Positions 1 to 8,492 of a stretch of 20,000 nt of DNA are shown one piece after another (the first letter of the stretch is position 1; each line of letters opens with the position of its first letter). The translations under genes were made by a program, and so were the position numbers. Below the pieces are notes generated by a model. The model was given only the letters and a program-made list of their open reading frames with translations. It was not told the DNA's origin and searched no databases. The stretch covers positions 57,630-77,629 of IMG/VR virus record IMGVR_UViG_3300009068_000031; one strand, 5' to 3'. Origin of the DNA: an uncultured virus (IMG/VR IMGVR_UViG_3300009068_000031) (Duplodnaviria; Heunggongvirae; Uroviricota; Caudoviricetes).

Positions 1-180
1 ACCAATGAAAATAGTGAAGGCACTCAACGTCTAGTGCATAATATTTGGGCACCCATGTTGGCAGAATCTAAATGTTTGAAAAAAATCAATCAAATAAAAT
101 ACAGAGGCACAAATCAAACTGTGTGGCAATTAAATGTTCAAGAATTTTACAAACAATTGGAAAGATATCCTAGATGGTAA
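1..180 (+). CDS. 3' end of a hypothetical protein (partial, not in ORF track)
   Basis: Frame 1 is open from base 1 to TAA at 178-180 (TNENSEGTQRLVHNIWAPML...YRGTNQTVWQLNVQEFYKQLERYPRW*). The stop overlaps the next start (ATGGTAA). Confidence 0.75.
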   Translation, partial: TNENSEGTQRLVHNIWAPMLAESKCLKKINQIKYRGTNQTVWQLNVQEFYKQLERYPRW

Positions 181-863
181 CTGACTACGTATACTATTAC
201 AATAATGTGCCAGGCAAAGGATTGTGCAGGAACAATCTTGTGTACACCAGTCTTATCAATCAAAATAAAACAGAATTTGTGCAATGGTTTCACAACGACA
301 CAGAGTATCACAGAGATCAAAACGAAGTGATGGATCCCATCCTAATGGAACAAAAATGGCAGAGAGAAGTGGATATGCTGCTGATGATGCATCACAATTT
401 TCCAGAACACATTCCTGACATATTGGAACTGGACTATGACAATAAAAAAATTATCTTTGGCGTTGATGGCGTGGATTTTTGGGAACAGAGTCACACAGTG
501 GGCATGGATGCAGTGCTGCCCAATTGGCGTGAACAGATGTTGGAGATTCTGCAAGCACACAAAACATTAGGATTATACAAATACAGTTTACACCCCAGCA
601 GTTATTTTGTGGTGGAAGGCAAATTAAAAAGTGTTAACTATTTCTTTTGTTATCACAAAAGCGAACCACTTATCACTGTGCAGGATCATTTCAGTCACAT
701 ATCCCAAGACAGGAGAACAGTTTTACTGCCCAAAATGCATGAACTAAATATTGACATGCACACTCCCACAGACTTTGCCAGCTTGCAGATATTGTGTTTG
801 GAAAGTTTTAGAAACAATTACCCTAAAGATTTTATAGATGCTGCCATAGCACTGTACAAATAA
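174..863 (+). CDS. Protein kinase-like/APH-fold protein with degenerate catalytic motifs
   Basis: 229 aa. WQREVDML (alphaC Glu-like), HIPDILELD, HKTLGLYKYSLHPSSYFV (catalytic-loop-like) and LKSVNYFF (DFG-like) occur in kinase order. Confidence 0.55.
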   Translation: MVTDYVYYYNNVPGKGLCRNNLVYTSLINQNKTEFVQWFHNDTEYHRDQNEVMDPILMEQKWQREVDMLLMMHHNFPEHIPDILELDYDNKKIIFGVDGVDFWEQSHTVGMDAVLPNWREQMLEILQAHKTLGLYKYSLHPSSYFVVEGKLKSVNYFFCYHKSEPLITVQDHFSHISQDRRTVLLPKMHELNIDMHTPTDFASLQILCLESFRNNYPKDFIDAAIALYK

Positions 864-865
864 TC

Positions 866-2014
866 ATGGAAGATATAAAAACTACTAGCTTGTGTGATAT
901 CTGTTATAGACACTGTGAAGCAGTGAGAGAAACAAGAGATTCTGGAGTGTATCTAACCAAGACTTGTGCTGAGCATGGCACACAAAACATTAGAATAGAA
1001 AGAGACGTAGAATTTTATAAGCAATTACACTATGATGTTTCAGGATACACCATTCCTCATGGGATCATGGTAGAAGTCACTGACCGATGTAATTTAAATT
1101 GTCCGCACTGTTATCATAAACCTGACAATAAACAAGCTGATAGACCCATTGAACAAATATTGGATCAGATTGAACATAGATTTCATGCAGAATCTGGTGC
1201 TGTGATATTGGCTGGTGCTGAACCCACTGTGCGCAAAGACTTGCCAGAATTAATTAGACAAATCAAAGCATTATTGAAAAGATTAAACAGACCTGAAGAC
1301 GTGTGCATATTGACCAATGGAGTAAAGTTGTCTGACAGAGCATGGGTGAAAGAAATCGCTGCTGCTGGAGCCACCATGGTGATGATTGGTTTGAATCATC
1401 ATTCCTATCAAGGAGCAACTGTGCATCAAAAACAACTGCAAGGCATAGACAATTGTATTGCTGAAGGAATTTTTGTGTACTATGTGGGATATACATTGGA
1501 AAGTTTGGATCATATGGAACATGTTCTGGAAGAAATACAATCTTTAGGACATAAGAGTTGGCAATACAGAATAAGAGCCGGATCAGACATAGGTAGATCT
1601 CCTGATGAACCTAGATTTTATCTCAGTGATCATGTCAAATTGATCAAACAAATTTGTGATCGCAAAGGGTGGACTTGGGAAAAACAACCTGCTGATGATA
1701 ATCTTTATCATTACATGGTGAATATCAATGGCATAACTCATAGAATTATACAATGGAGTGATGTTAAAACCATTGACTTGGAACAATTGAAGTGTGGACC
1801 TTGGTGTGATTTCGTGCCAGGCAAACCAGTCACTAATTTTTTACATCAAATTATGTTGCGTGATGCTGCTGTGAATAAAAAAATGATACTGTATGATACT
1901 GTGCCAGCATGTTATGGTATTCAATCAAAAAATATAGATTACAAACCTTCTCAATGGACCAATCGCAGTTGGGCTGACTGTAAAATTAAACAATCCAAAA
2001 CAATTCAAAAATAA
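866..2014 (+). CDS. Radical SAM protein, MJ0619/tetraether-synthase-like N-terminal architecture
   Basis: CNLNCPHC = CxxxCxxC; AGAEPT (GGEP-like); TNG. N-terminal TxSLCxxC...KTCxEHG metal-binding ribbon. Confidence 0.85.
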   Translation: MEDIKTTSLCDICYRHCEAVRETRDSGVYLTKTCAEHGTQNIRIERDVEFYKQLHYDVSGYTIPHGIMVEVTDRCNLNCPHCYHKPDNKQADRPIEQILDQIEHRFHAESGAVILAGAEPTVRKDLPELIRQIKALLKRLNRPEDVCILTNGVKLSDRAWVKEIAAAGATMVMIGLNHHSYQGATVHQKQLQGIDNCIAEGIFVYYVGYTLESLDHMEHVLEEIQSLGHKSWQYRIRAGSDIGRSPDEPRFYLSDHVKLIKQICDRKGWTWEKQPADDNLYHYMVNINGITHRIIQWSDVKTIDLEQLKCGPWCDFVPGKPVTNFLHQIMLRDAAVNKKMILYDTVPACYGIQSKNIDYKPSQWTNRSWADCKIKQSKTIQK

Positions 2015-2020
2015 AATTAA

Positions 2021-3169
2021 TTAGTGTAGGTTGACCCAGGCTGCACCATCGTACACCTGTACTTTGTTGGTAGCTGCTGGTGAGGTACCACTCACCATGA
2101 ATATTAATTGTCCTTTCAATGCTGTGCCATAAGCAGTTCTTGCTGTGTCATTGGCAGCGACGGCCAATCTCACAGGACCTGCAAATTTTGCAGCACCATT
2201 CACATCCAGTGTGGCAGTGGGAGAGGTCATATTCACACCCAATTGTCCATCTGCATCAAAAACTAATCCTCGTAAGGTTGCTCCACCATCTGCAGATGTT
2301 CCAAAACTAATTTTTCCTGGTACTGCGTTTGGTCCTACAGGATTGCTGGTGTCAGGATCAATGTCAAAAGATATAGCGCTGGAAAATCTGTAATCAGTGC
2401 CATCATAGCCATTGGCCACTATAGTGAACAATGGATCACCTTGTTGTACTGAAGTAGGAATACTTAAAGAGCCTCTGGATACTTGAATTTCAAAACTGTC
2501 ACCAACAATACCATTTGTTAATGAATTAATTTCAATAGATTTGTTAGTAAGCACAGGCGATTTAATTCTTAACCCTACTCCTAATGCTGAAGTGTTGGTG
2601 CCTAATTGTATGTTGTCTAATCCGTTCAACAGAGTCACCACGTTGTCTGTGATTACCACATCACCGTTGCTGACCACATTGGTAGCAGGGTTGGTGCTCA
2701 ATAATAATGTGCCTGCTGTGCTGTACACATCTGCTTTGATTCTTTTTTGTATGGCATCCAACATTGCTGTGGAGTCATCTGCAAACACTGAACCGTTGAG
2801 ATCTCCTGTGACATCACCTGACACATTGCCTATTAAATTTCCTGTGACATTGCCTGTGACATTACCACTTAAATTTCCTGTGACATTGCCTGTAAGAGCA
2901 CCTGTGAATGCACCATACACATTGTCAAACCAACCTTCGGCCCATCTGTTGCCTGTGGCACCAATGTCTCTTGTGCTGTCCACATCTGGAGTAACATCTG
3001 ATGCAATGCCTGAAAACGCCACAGTGCCTGTGTCCACAGCCACACCACCCAAAGTTGTACCATCACCTGTGAACAGTTTTTTGGTGTCTGTAGTGTAGAT
3101 TAATTCTCCTTCTGCTGGAGTTATCAGTAATCTTTGTGCGTTTGTGCCACGTCTTATTTTGAATGCCAT
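2021..3169 (-). CDS. Tail fibre / virion structural protein with Mtd-N-like N-terminal domain
   Basis: N-terminus IRRGT...PAEGELIYTTDTKKLFTGDG.TLGG; GNVTGNL repeats; LGVNMTSPTATLDVNG motif; C-terminal QVYDGAAWVNL. AGGAG SD at 3181-3185 and a TATAAATA box upstream. Confidence 0.8.
   Translation of the reverse strand: MAFKIRRGTNAQRLLITPAEGELIYTTDTKKLFTGDGTTLGGVAVDTGTVAFSGIASDVTPDVDSTRDIGATGNRWAEGWFDNVYGAFTGALTGNVTGNLSGNVTGNVTGNLIGNVSGDVTGDLNGSVFADDSTAMLDAIQKRIKADVYSTAGTLLLSTNPATNVVSNGDVVITDNVVTLLNGLDNIQLGTNTSALGVGLRIKSPVLTNKSIEINSLTNGIVGDSFEIQVSRGSLSIPTSVQQGDPLFTIVANGYDGTDYRFSSAISFDIDPDTSNPVGPNAVPGKISFGTSADGGATLRGLVFDADGQLGVNMTSPTATLDVNGAAKFAGPVRLAVAANDTARTAYGTALKGQLIFMVSGTSPAATNKVQVYDGAAWVNLH
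2792..2914 (-). repeat. Coding tandem repeat, 12-bp / 4-aa period (G-N/D/A-V/L-T/S)
   Basis: Recurrent cctgtgacat units on the + strand, encoding GAFTGALTGNVTGNLSGNVTGNVTGNLIGNVSGDVTGDLNG. Confidence 0.85.
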
Positions 3170-3202
3170 ATTGTGCGTTGCTCCTAATGTCTTATTACTG
3201 TG

Positions 3203-3210
3203 TATTTATA
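3203..3210 (-). promoter_or_regulatory. T4-type late promoter box TATAAATA
   Basis: + strand tatttata is an exact TATAAATA on the - strand. It is intergenic, about 34 nt upstream of the tail-fibre ATG. Confidence 0.75.
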
Positions 3211-3241
3211 CTGAATTAACAGTATTCATCACTTAAAAGTT

Positions 3242-3556
3242 TTATTTTTTAAAGAACTTTTTGGTGTGTTTTTCAATGTCCTTTTTGACCTTTTCAGTAT
3301 CCAGCCTAAAATCCACATTCTTGATGCTGTTGGTGTAGTTTTTGAACAGTTCATTCAGTGTTTGTTCCAGCCTACTGTTGGTCATTTTTTTATGACTGTT
3401 TTTGACTTTGATTTCCCATTTTTTGCCATCATTAAATGTTACTTTTATGGCCAATAGGTACTCAATAGGTATGGCATTCACTGTGACATCATTGAACACT
3501 TCTGGCCAATGATCCACAACATTTTTGGGCAGTGATTTTTTGCCAAAAATGACCAT
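3242..3556 (-). CDS. Hypothetical phage protein
   Basis: 104-aa Lys-rich ORF with ATG start, in the gene array 6 nt from the upstream gene. Confidence 0.75.
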   Translation of the reverse strand: MVIFGKKSLPKNVVDHWPEVFNDVTVNAIPIEYLLAIKVTFNDGKKWEIKVKNSHKKMTNSRLEQTLNELFKNYTNSIKNVDFRLDTEKVKKDIEKHTKKFFKK

Positions 3557-3562
3557 AATTGA

Positions 3563-4141
3563 TTATTCTGCTGACTTAGTTTTTAACTCGTCTGCTTGTT
3601 TTCTCAATCGTGCTGCTTCTTTGTACAATCTGTCTGCATCACTTCTTAATTTTGCAGCCAATTGTTCATCGGTCAACACAGACTCGTTTTTCACAGATTC
3701 CACAATGGGATTCACTATGTTTCTGGCCTGTGTGTTTGCTGGTGTATCGTTGCTGGCAGTGATGGCCAGTTCAGCAATTTTTAAACCTTTTTGTTGTGCT
3801 ATGGCAGCATTCAATGCATCCAAACTGATAGTGGTGAATTGATTGGGAGTCATTTCTATTTGATTGCTCTTGACTTTTTTCATCAATTTTTTCACATGGA
3901 ATCTAGCCAGCATGATGGAACCATCACCCAACGGGGCACGGGCCATAGCTTCTGCTAGTTCATATGAAGTTTGACTGGCAGCACTGTGAATTAAATCCAT
4001 CAGTCTTGCATGTTCATCTGCATCCAAACCGCTGGTGGGTACCACCAATGCATGTTCTGGATCACTGGGCAATACTCTGTAGACCACTCCCACCACTTCT
4101 TTGGTGTCTTTGAATCTACCCAAATGTTTCACTTCAGACAT
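3563..4141 (-). CDS. Hypothetical phage protein with C-terminal coiled coil
   Basis: 192 aa; TAATG overlap with the upstream gene; C-terminal AAKLRSDADRLYKEAARLRKQADEL helix. Confidence 0.8.
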   Translation of the reverse strand: MSEVKHLGRFKDTKEVVGVVYRVLPSDPEHALVVPTSGLDADEHARLMDLIHSAASQTSYELAEAMARAPLGDGSIMLARFHVKKLMKKVKSNQIEMTPNQFTTISLDALNAAIAQQKGLKIAELAITASNDTPANTQARNIVNPIVESVKNESVLTDEQLAAKLRSDADRLYKEAARLRKQADELKTKSAE

Positions 4142-4431
4142 TATTTTTTATCTCCCACAGGTGCTGCTGTTGCTGCTGGAGCAGATTTAGCTGCTGCCGC
4201 TTGTTGAGCTTGAATGGCATTCAAAAAAGATTCAAGTTTGTTGTAGGTTGTTCCTACGGCTTGCATCTCATTGGCTTTGAAAGCACCTCTCTGTGATGCC
4301 ACGTCAATGATAGCTTTGATAGTGTTTAAATCCTGCACAGTTAAATCTCCTGATTTTAAATCAGCTTCTGGTGCTGCAGCTTTTGGTGCAGCAGTGCTGG
4401 CTGTGGCAGTTTTTTTAGTTTCTTCGTTCAT
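4141..4431 (-). CDS. Hypothetical phage protein (Ala-rich ends)
   Basis: Start re-called to MNEETKK at 4431 because of AAGGAG at 4439-4444. Core LTVQDL...IIDVASQRGAFKANEM. Confidence 0.8.
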   Translation of the reverse strand: MNEETKKTATASTAAPKAAAPEADLKSGDLTVQDLNTIKAIIDVASQRGAFKANEMQAVGTTYNKLESFLNAIQAQQAAAAKSAPAATAAPVGDKK

Positions 4432-4460
4432 GTATGTTCTCCTTGTTGTATATACGAAAT

Positions 4461-4468
4461 TATTTAAC
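4461..4468 (-). promoter_or_regulatory. Possible late-promoter box (GTTAAATA)
   Basis: TAAATA core about 30 nt upstream of the 4431 ATG, overlapping the upstream stop codon. Confidence 0.4.
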
Positions 4469-4748
4469 TTCGATTCACATAAGGACAACTCAAAGTGAAT
4501 ATGGTGAGTTCTTTGGCTTCTTCAAAACCAATTTTTATCACATACTCCACTTTGTGTTCATGAGAGCTTTTGATTGTTTTTTCCAAAAAATATCTACTTT
4601 TTAAATTGATTCTAATCCAATTATTGATCTTGTCTTCCATGCCATAATCGAATTTGATTTCCAAATATGTGAAATGCGGCAGTGGTTTTTGAACTTTTCT
4701 AATACCAAAAAAGTTTAAAGGATTGGGTTCTCCAGTTTTCTGCAACAT
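4464..4748 (-). CDS. Hypothetical phage protein
   Basis: 94 aa; TAATG overlap with the VWA gene. Confidence 0.7.
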   Translation of the reverse strand: MLQKTGEPNPLNFFGIRKVQKPLPHFTYLEIKFDYGMEDKINNWIRINLKSRYFLEKTIKSSHEHKVEYVIKIGFEEAKELTIFTLSCPYVNRS

Positions 4749-5986
4749 TAGTCTTCGTATTTGGTAGTGATACCAAACGGTGATTCAATTCTTTCGTTGT
4801 GATTGTTGTGTATCACAAACACGGTGTCACAGTAGTGAGGATCTCCCCAGCTGTCAAATGTGTATCCGTCTGTGAACATGATGAATTTTTTTGGTTGAAT
4901 GTCATTCTTTTTCATGTACTCCCAGTTGCACATGAAATCTGTGCCACCACCACCGGTGATTTCATACTGGCTAATGTCACCATCTGTGGGACCATAGTCT
5001 TGTTCATTGTACACTTCTGTGTCAAAAGTCCACACTTTAATTCTATAATCTTTGTATTGATCCATGATGGATTTGATTTCGCCTAAGAATATACTCAATT
5101 TTTTTTCATCAATGGATCCACTGGCATCAATGGCCACAGCCAAATCAATGGTCTGTTCAAACTGTGAACCTGGCAATACCACGCCTGTGTGCCAACCTTT
5201 GCGACTGGGTCTCATAAAACTGTAATCACTTTTGATGGTACTCTGTATCTGAGTCTGTAATATTTCTCTCCAATTCATTTTAGGATTGGTCATATTTTTT
5301 ATGATTCTTTCCACTTCTTTGGGAAGATTACCAGCGCCTGTGGCTTGTGCTGATTGCAGTATGGAATCTTTGATCTCATCTCTAATTTTTCTCAATTCTT
5401 CTTTGCTGTATGCTGGTCTTTTTTGTTGGTCACCTTCTTTGCCGTCTTTTTTATCTTTACCGCCGCCGTTTTCGTCCTTGTCCCAATCCAAATGTTCATC
5501 CAACAATTGACCTAATTTTTGCAATTGTTTTTCATCATATTTTTTATAAATTTCATCATACACTCTTTCAGAACTCCAACCTTCATATTTGAAGTCTTGA
5601 AATATGGGAATGTCTTTGGGTTTTTCACCAATGTTGTCTCGCACCAATGTGTTGTTCACAATGTAATCACAAGCCACATTGTATATCTGTCTATCTCTCT
5701 GTTCATTTCTGCCAATGTGATCAAACACACAATGAAGTATTTCATGTGCTATCACAAATTCGATTTCTCTAGCAGAAAGTTTGCTAAAGAATTTTGTATT
5801 ATAATAAAGATTTCTTCCATCAGTGGCTGCTGTGGGACACCATTCATCACATTCTTGAATGCCCAATCTAGTGGCCATGTTGCCAAAGAAAGGATGTCTC
5901 AACAACAATCCTACTCTTGCCACAATAATTTTATCCAATACTTCTTCTTGTAATTTGTTTAATTTTTCTTGTTTTTTAGTAGTCAT
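4748..5986 (-). CDS. Metallopeptidase-like + VWA domain protein (DUF2201-type)
   Basis: TAATDG, AHEILH (HExxH), MIDAS DASGS, GGGGTDF and FTDG motifs. Start re-called to ATG (MTTKKQ) at 5986; the track's 6013 GTG lies inside a hairpin. Confidence 0.9.
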   Translation of the reverse strand: MTTKKQEKLNKLQEEVLDKIIVARVGLLLRHPFFGNMATRLGIQECDEWCPTAATDGRNLYYNTKFFSKLSAREIEFVIAHEILHCVFDHIGRNEQRDRQIYNVACDYIVNNTLVRDNIGEKPKDIPIFQDFKYEGWSSERVYDEIYKKYDEKQLQKLGQLLDEHLDWDKDENGGGKDKKDGKEGDQQKRPAYSKEELRKIRDEIKDSILQSAQATGAGNLPKEVERIIKNMTNPKMNWREILQTQIQSTIKSDYSFMRPSRKGWHTGVVLPGSQFEQTIDLAVAIDASGSIDEKKLSIFLGEIKSIMDQYKDYRIKVWTFDTEVYNEQDYGPTDGDISQYEITGGGGTDFMCNWEYMKKNDIQPKKFIMFTDGYTFDSWGDPHYCDTVFVIHNNHNERIESPFGITTKYED

Positions 5987-6003
5987 AAGAATCTTTATTT
6001 GTA

Positions 6004-6029
6004 CACAGGGCACTCGAAAATGCCCTGTG
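6004..6029 (-). other. Intergenic stem-loop with UUCG tetraloop
   Basis: CACAGGGCA / TGCCCTGTG form a perfect 9-bp inverted repeat. The - strand RNA is CACAGGGCAUU-UUCG-AGUGCCCUGUG, with no U-tract following. Confidence 0.75.
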
Positions 6030-6040
6030 AATGGTCACAG

Positions 6041-7144
6041 TTAAGCAACCTTTTGTGCGGCAATAACATACTTGCCGTACTTTTCATGAAACTCATCGAA
6101 ACATTTGATACTGTCTGGATCAATCGGTAATTGATATTGCGTAAGAGCAAGTTTAATGCCCATCACAACAATTTCAGTATCGAAATTATCCATAGAAAAT
6201 CTAAGAAATTTATTGACTTTATCATTAAACTTCTTGTCTTTCTTATCACATGCGTCTTTCAGTTCGTAGCAAAGGGAGACTGTTAAGGAATACATGGCAC
6301 TGATTTCTTTAGTCTTCATTTTTTCTACCTTCCCTGACAAAATGTCAGACGGATTTGGTAGGTCCTTAGCCACTTTTCTGTGAGCCATGAATTTTACTGC
6401 TAATCCTTCGCCTACTGCTCCACTAACTAGATCGGCTGTGGTATTCTCATCCACTTCGTCAGACAATAATTCACTGACAAATGCCCAAGATCTTGGAGTT
6501 GCGAACGATCTGCCTGAACTCTTGGGTTCAAAATCGTATAAATCTTTCTTGCTGAATGTTAAGAACCCCACCACATCTTTGTGCATGTTGTTCTGTACAG
6601 CCCACTGAAACCAATCATCAAAATCCACTTTCATTTCTATATGGATAAATCTATTGGCCAATGGCGCAGGCATTCTGTATGTGATACCTCTGTCCGCTTC
6701 TCTATTACCAGCGGCAATAATAACCACATTGTCAGGCAGCCTGTATGTGCCCACTCTTCTGTTTAGGATCAATTGATATGCTGCCGCTTGAACTGATGGT
6801 GCGGCTGAATTCATTTCATCCAAAAACAATATAATTTTTTTGTGTTTTTTAGCAAATTCTTCATTGGGCAGTTCACTTGGGGCGGCCCAAATCATGTTGT
6901 TTTCTTTCATGTTGTAGTATGGAATACCTTTGATATCTGTGGGTTCCCATAGACTTAATCTTATGTCGATCACATGAGCATCAATGCTGGCAGCAATTTG
7001 ATGTACCACATCTGATTTACCAATACCAGGTGCTCCCCATAAAAATAATGGACGTTTTTTGTTGATTGCGTGTGTTATGCTACTTTTAGCATTGTTAGGA
7101 CTGACCTGTCTAACTGCTAAACTGTCTTTGTCTGCTTTGGCCAT
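6041..7144 (-). CDS. MoxR-like AAA+ ATPase
   Basis: Walker A GAPGIGKS, Walker B LFLDE, sensor AAGN, Arg finger PLANRF. AAGGAG SD at 7151-7156; adjacent to the VWA partner. Confidence 0.92.
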   Translation of the reverse strand: MAKADKDSLAVRQVSPNNAKSSITHAINKKRPLFLWGAPGIGKSDVVHQIAASIDAHVIDIRLSLWEPTDIKGIPYYNMKENNMIWAAPSELPNEEFAKKHKKIILFLDEMNSAAPSVQAAAYQLILNRRVGTYRLPDNVVIIAAGNREADRGITYRMPAPLANRFIHIEMKVDFDDWFQWAVQNNMHKDVVGFLTFSKKDLYDFEPKSSGRSFATPRSWAFVSELLSDEVDENTTADLVSGAVGEGLAVKFMAHRKVAKDLPNPSDILSGKVEKMKTKEISAMYSLTVSLCYELKDACDKKDKKFNDKVNKFLRFSMDNFDTEIVVMGIKLALTQYQLPIDPDSIKCFDEFHEKYGKYVIAAQKVA

Positions 7145-7189
7145 GTTGTACTCCTTTTAAGTTTGTTTCAGTGCCTTAGTGTTATATAC

Positions 7190-7218
7190 ATAATAGCATC
7201 TGTGAAAAAAGAAGTCAA
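7190..7218 (-). promoter_or_regulatory. Sigma70-type promoter for the AAA/VWA unit
   Basis: TTGACT-17 nt-TATTAT with TG extended -10 (gaTGcTATTAT), intergenic. Confidence 0.75.
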
Positions 7219-7283
7219 TTGGTTTTGAATCAAAAAAGTCGTTGATTTCAATGGCTTAAAATGCTTGATAATTGTGGATATCT

Positions 7284-7670
7284 TTACTGTTCGAAGGGTC
7301 TACTCATGGCTTTGGTCAAACCATATTTGCGTATATCACCTGAAAATAAGTGAAGTTCCATGGCCTTCTTTTCATTGGTCACGATAATACCATCAGCAGC
7401 CAAGTAATATGGACAATCTATAAACTTGTCTAAAAATATCAATATCTGTGTGGTTATGGTGAATTCCAATGGAAATGGCACATCATAAGTCTGTAATTCT
7501 AATTTTTCTTGAACAAATTTAAGACCTTCTTCAGTGAGTCTCAATCCACCTTCTGTTTTGATACGACTATTTTTCCACCATATGGGTAGATATTCTTTCA
7601 TGGTATTATCGTTCACGGAAATGTTTGCCTGTTGAAGGAATATTTTAGTATAGGTAGTTTTCCAGTCCAT
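7284..7670 (-). CDS. Hypothetical phage protein
   Basis: 128 aa; TAATG overlap with the upstream gene; WW...GGLRLTEEG...CPYY motifs. Confidence 0.8.
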   Translation of the reverse strand: MDWKTTYTKIFLQQANISVNDNTMKEYLPIWWKNSRIKTEGGLRLTEEGLKFVQEKLELQTYDVPFPLEFTITTQILIFLDKFIDCPYYLAADGIIVTNEKKAMELHLFSGDIRKYGLTKAMSRPFEQ

Positions 7671-7960
7671 TATTTTTCAGTGACGGTTTCGCCCTGAGTT
7701 AATTTCACCACTGCAAAGTCTTGAACGTTGAACAGTGTGTTGAGTTTTTTAGCAAGGTTAAAAGCATGGCCTGGATTGCTGAAAGAAACTTTCTTGTATT
7801 TGGGTCCTGGATAGTTGGTGGTCATGTTGGATGACTTTAAATTGAAAGGTTTATTTTTGTAAAATACGGCCCATATGGCTTCTGCATCCAAAACCTGTTC
7901 AGATTTGTAGTCCTTTTTATTAACATTCTCCAAAAGGATAATGGGTTTGGGTCTGCTCAT
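7670..7960 (-). CDS. Hypothetical phage protein
   Basis: Start re-called to MSRPKP at 7960 (AAGGAA upstream). PGPKYKKVSFSNPGHAFNLAKKLN motif. Confidence 0.8.
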   Translation of the reverse strand: MSRPKPIILLENVNKKDYKSEQVLDAEAIWAVFYKNKPFNLKSSNMTTNYPGPKYKKVSFSNPGHAFNLAKKLNTLFNVQDFAVVKLTQGETVTEK

Positions 7961-7990
7961 GTGTTCCTTGTAAAAATGATTAAGCATGTA

Positions 7991-7998
7991 TATTTATG
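7991..7998 (-). promoter_or_regulatory. Possible late-promoter box (CATAAATA)
   Basis: 7/8 match to TATAAATA, intergenic, about 30 nt upstream of the 7960 ATG. Confidence 0.5.
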
Positions 7999-8052
7999 CC
8001 TTTTGGTAAGTTTATTTTTTGGTTGAATGAAAGGAACCCTAATGGATCAGTG

Positions 8053-8265
8053 CTAAAATAGGGTATATATCAGCACACACAGCAGGGCAAGTGTAGACAG
8101 CAGGCTCACACAAAGCAGTGGGTAAAACGCCTTTAATTTGAATCTAATCCACATGTTTTCACCCTCTTGTTGGAAGTATTCAGGAGCAGTCATGTAGGGA
8201 TTGAAATGGTTGTTGGGCAGATTGGTACTGGCTATTTGTTCTATTTCTTTGTCAGTGATGCTCAC
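8053..8265 (-). CDS. Small protein with C-terminal transmembrane helix
   Basis: 70 aa; hydrophobic tail FYPLLCVSLLSTLALLCVLIYTLF; 4-nt overlap with the upstream gene (GTGA). Confidence 0.55.
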   Translation of the reverse strand: MSITDKEIEQIASTNLPNNHFNPYMTAPEYFQQEGENMWIRFKLKAFYPLLCVSLLSTLALLCVLIYTLF

Positions 8266-8492
8266 AGTTTGCCCCCATCCATTTGTACCTGAATCACTTC
8301 TTCCTTGTCTTTCTTGCTGAGTAAATCTTCGTAATTTCCAGCCAATCTGCTCATCACAATGCCCAATGTGTAGGCCACATTTTTGGCAGTGGCAATATCA
8401 ATTTTTACTTCTTTTTGATTGCTCAGATCAGCCACTTTGATCTGTTGTATCAATTGCTGTATGGGTGCTGTGTTAATAGGTGCATTACTCAT
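8262..8492 (-). CDS. Hypothetical phage protein
   Basis: 76 aa; overlaps the upstream stop; ends VQMDGGKL. Confidence 0.75.
   Translation of the reverse strand: MSNAPINTAPIQQLIQQIKVADLSNQKEVKIDIATAKNVAYTLGIVMSRLAGNYEDLLSKKDKEEVIQVQMDGGKL

Noticed and set aside
2792..2914. CRISPR-like array
   Set aside because: The units are 12-bp in-frame coding repeats with no spacers.
2021..3169. Diversity-generating retroelement target (Mtd-like N-terminus)
   Set aside because: No reverse transcriptase, no TR/VR repeat pair and no C-type-lectin-like C-terminus are visible in the window.
3208..3225. Short inverted repeat ATACTG-N6-CAGTAT beside the late promoter
   Set aside because: A 6-bp AT-rich stem is too weak to call and is expected by chance.
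6004..6029. Rho-independent terminator
   Set aside because: No U-tract follows the stem on either strand; kept only as a stem-loop.
7273..7281. DnaA box / replication origin (TGTGGATAT)
   Set aside because: A single 8/9 match with no cluster of boxes.
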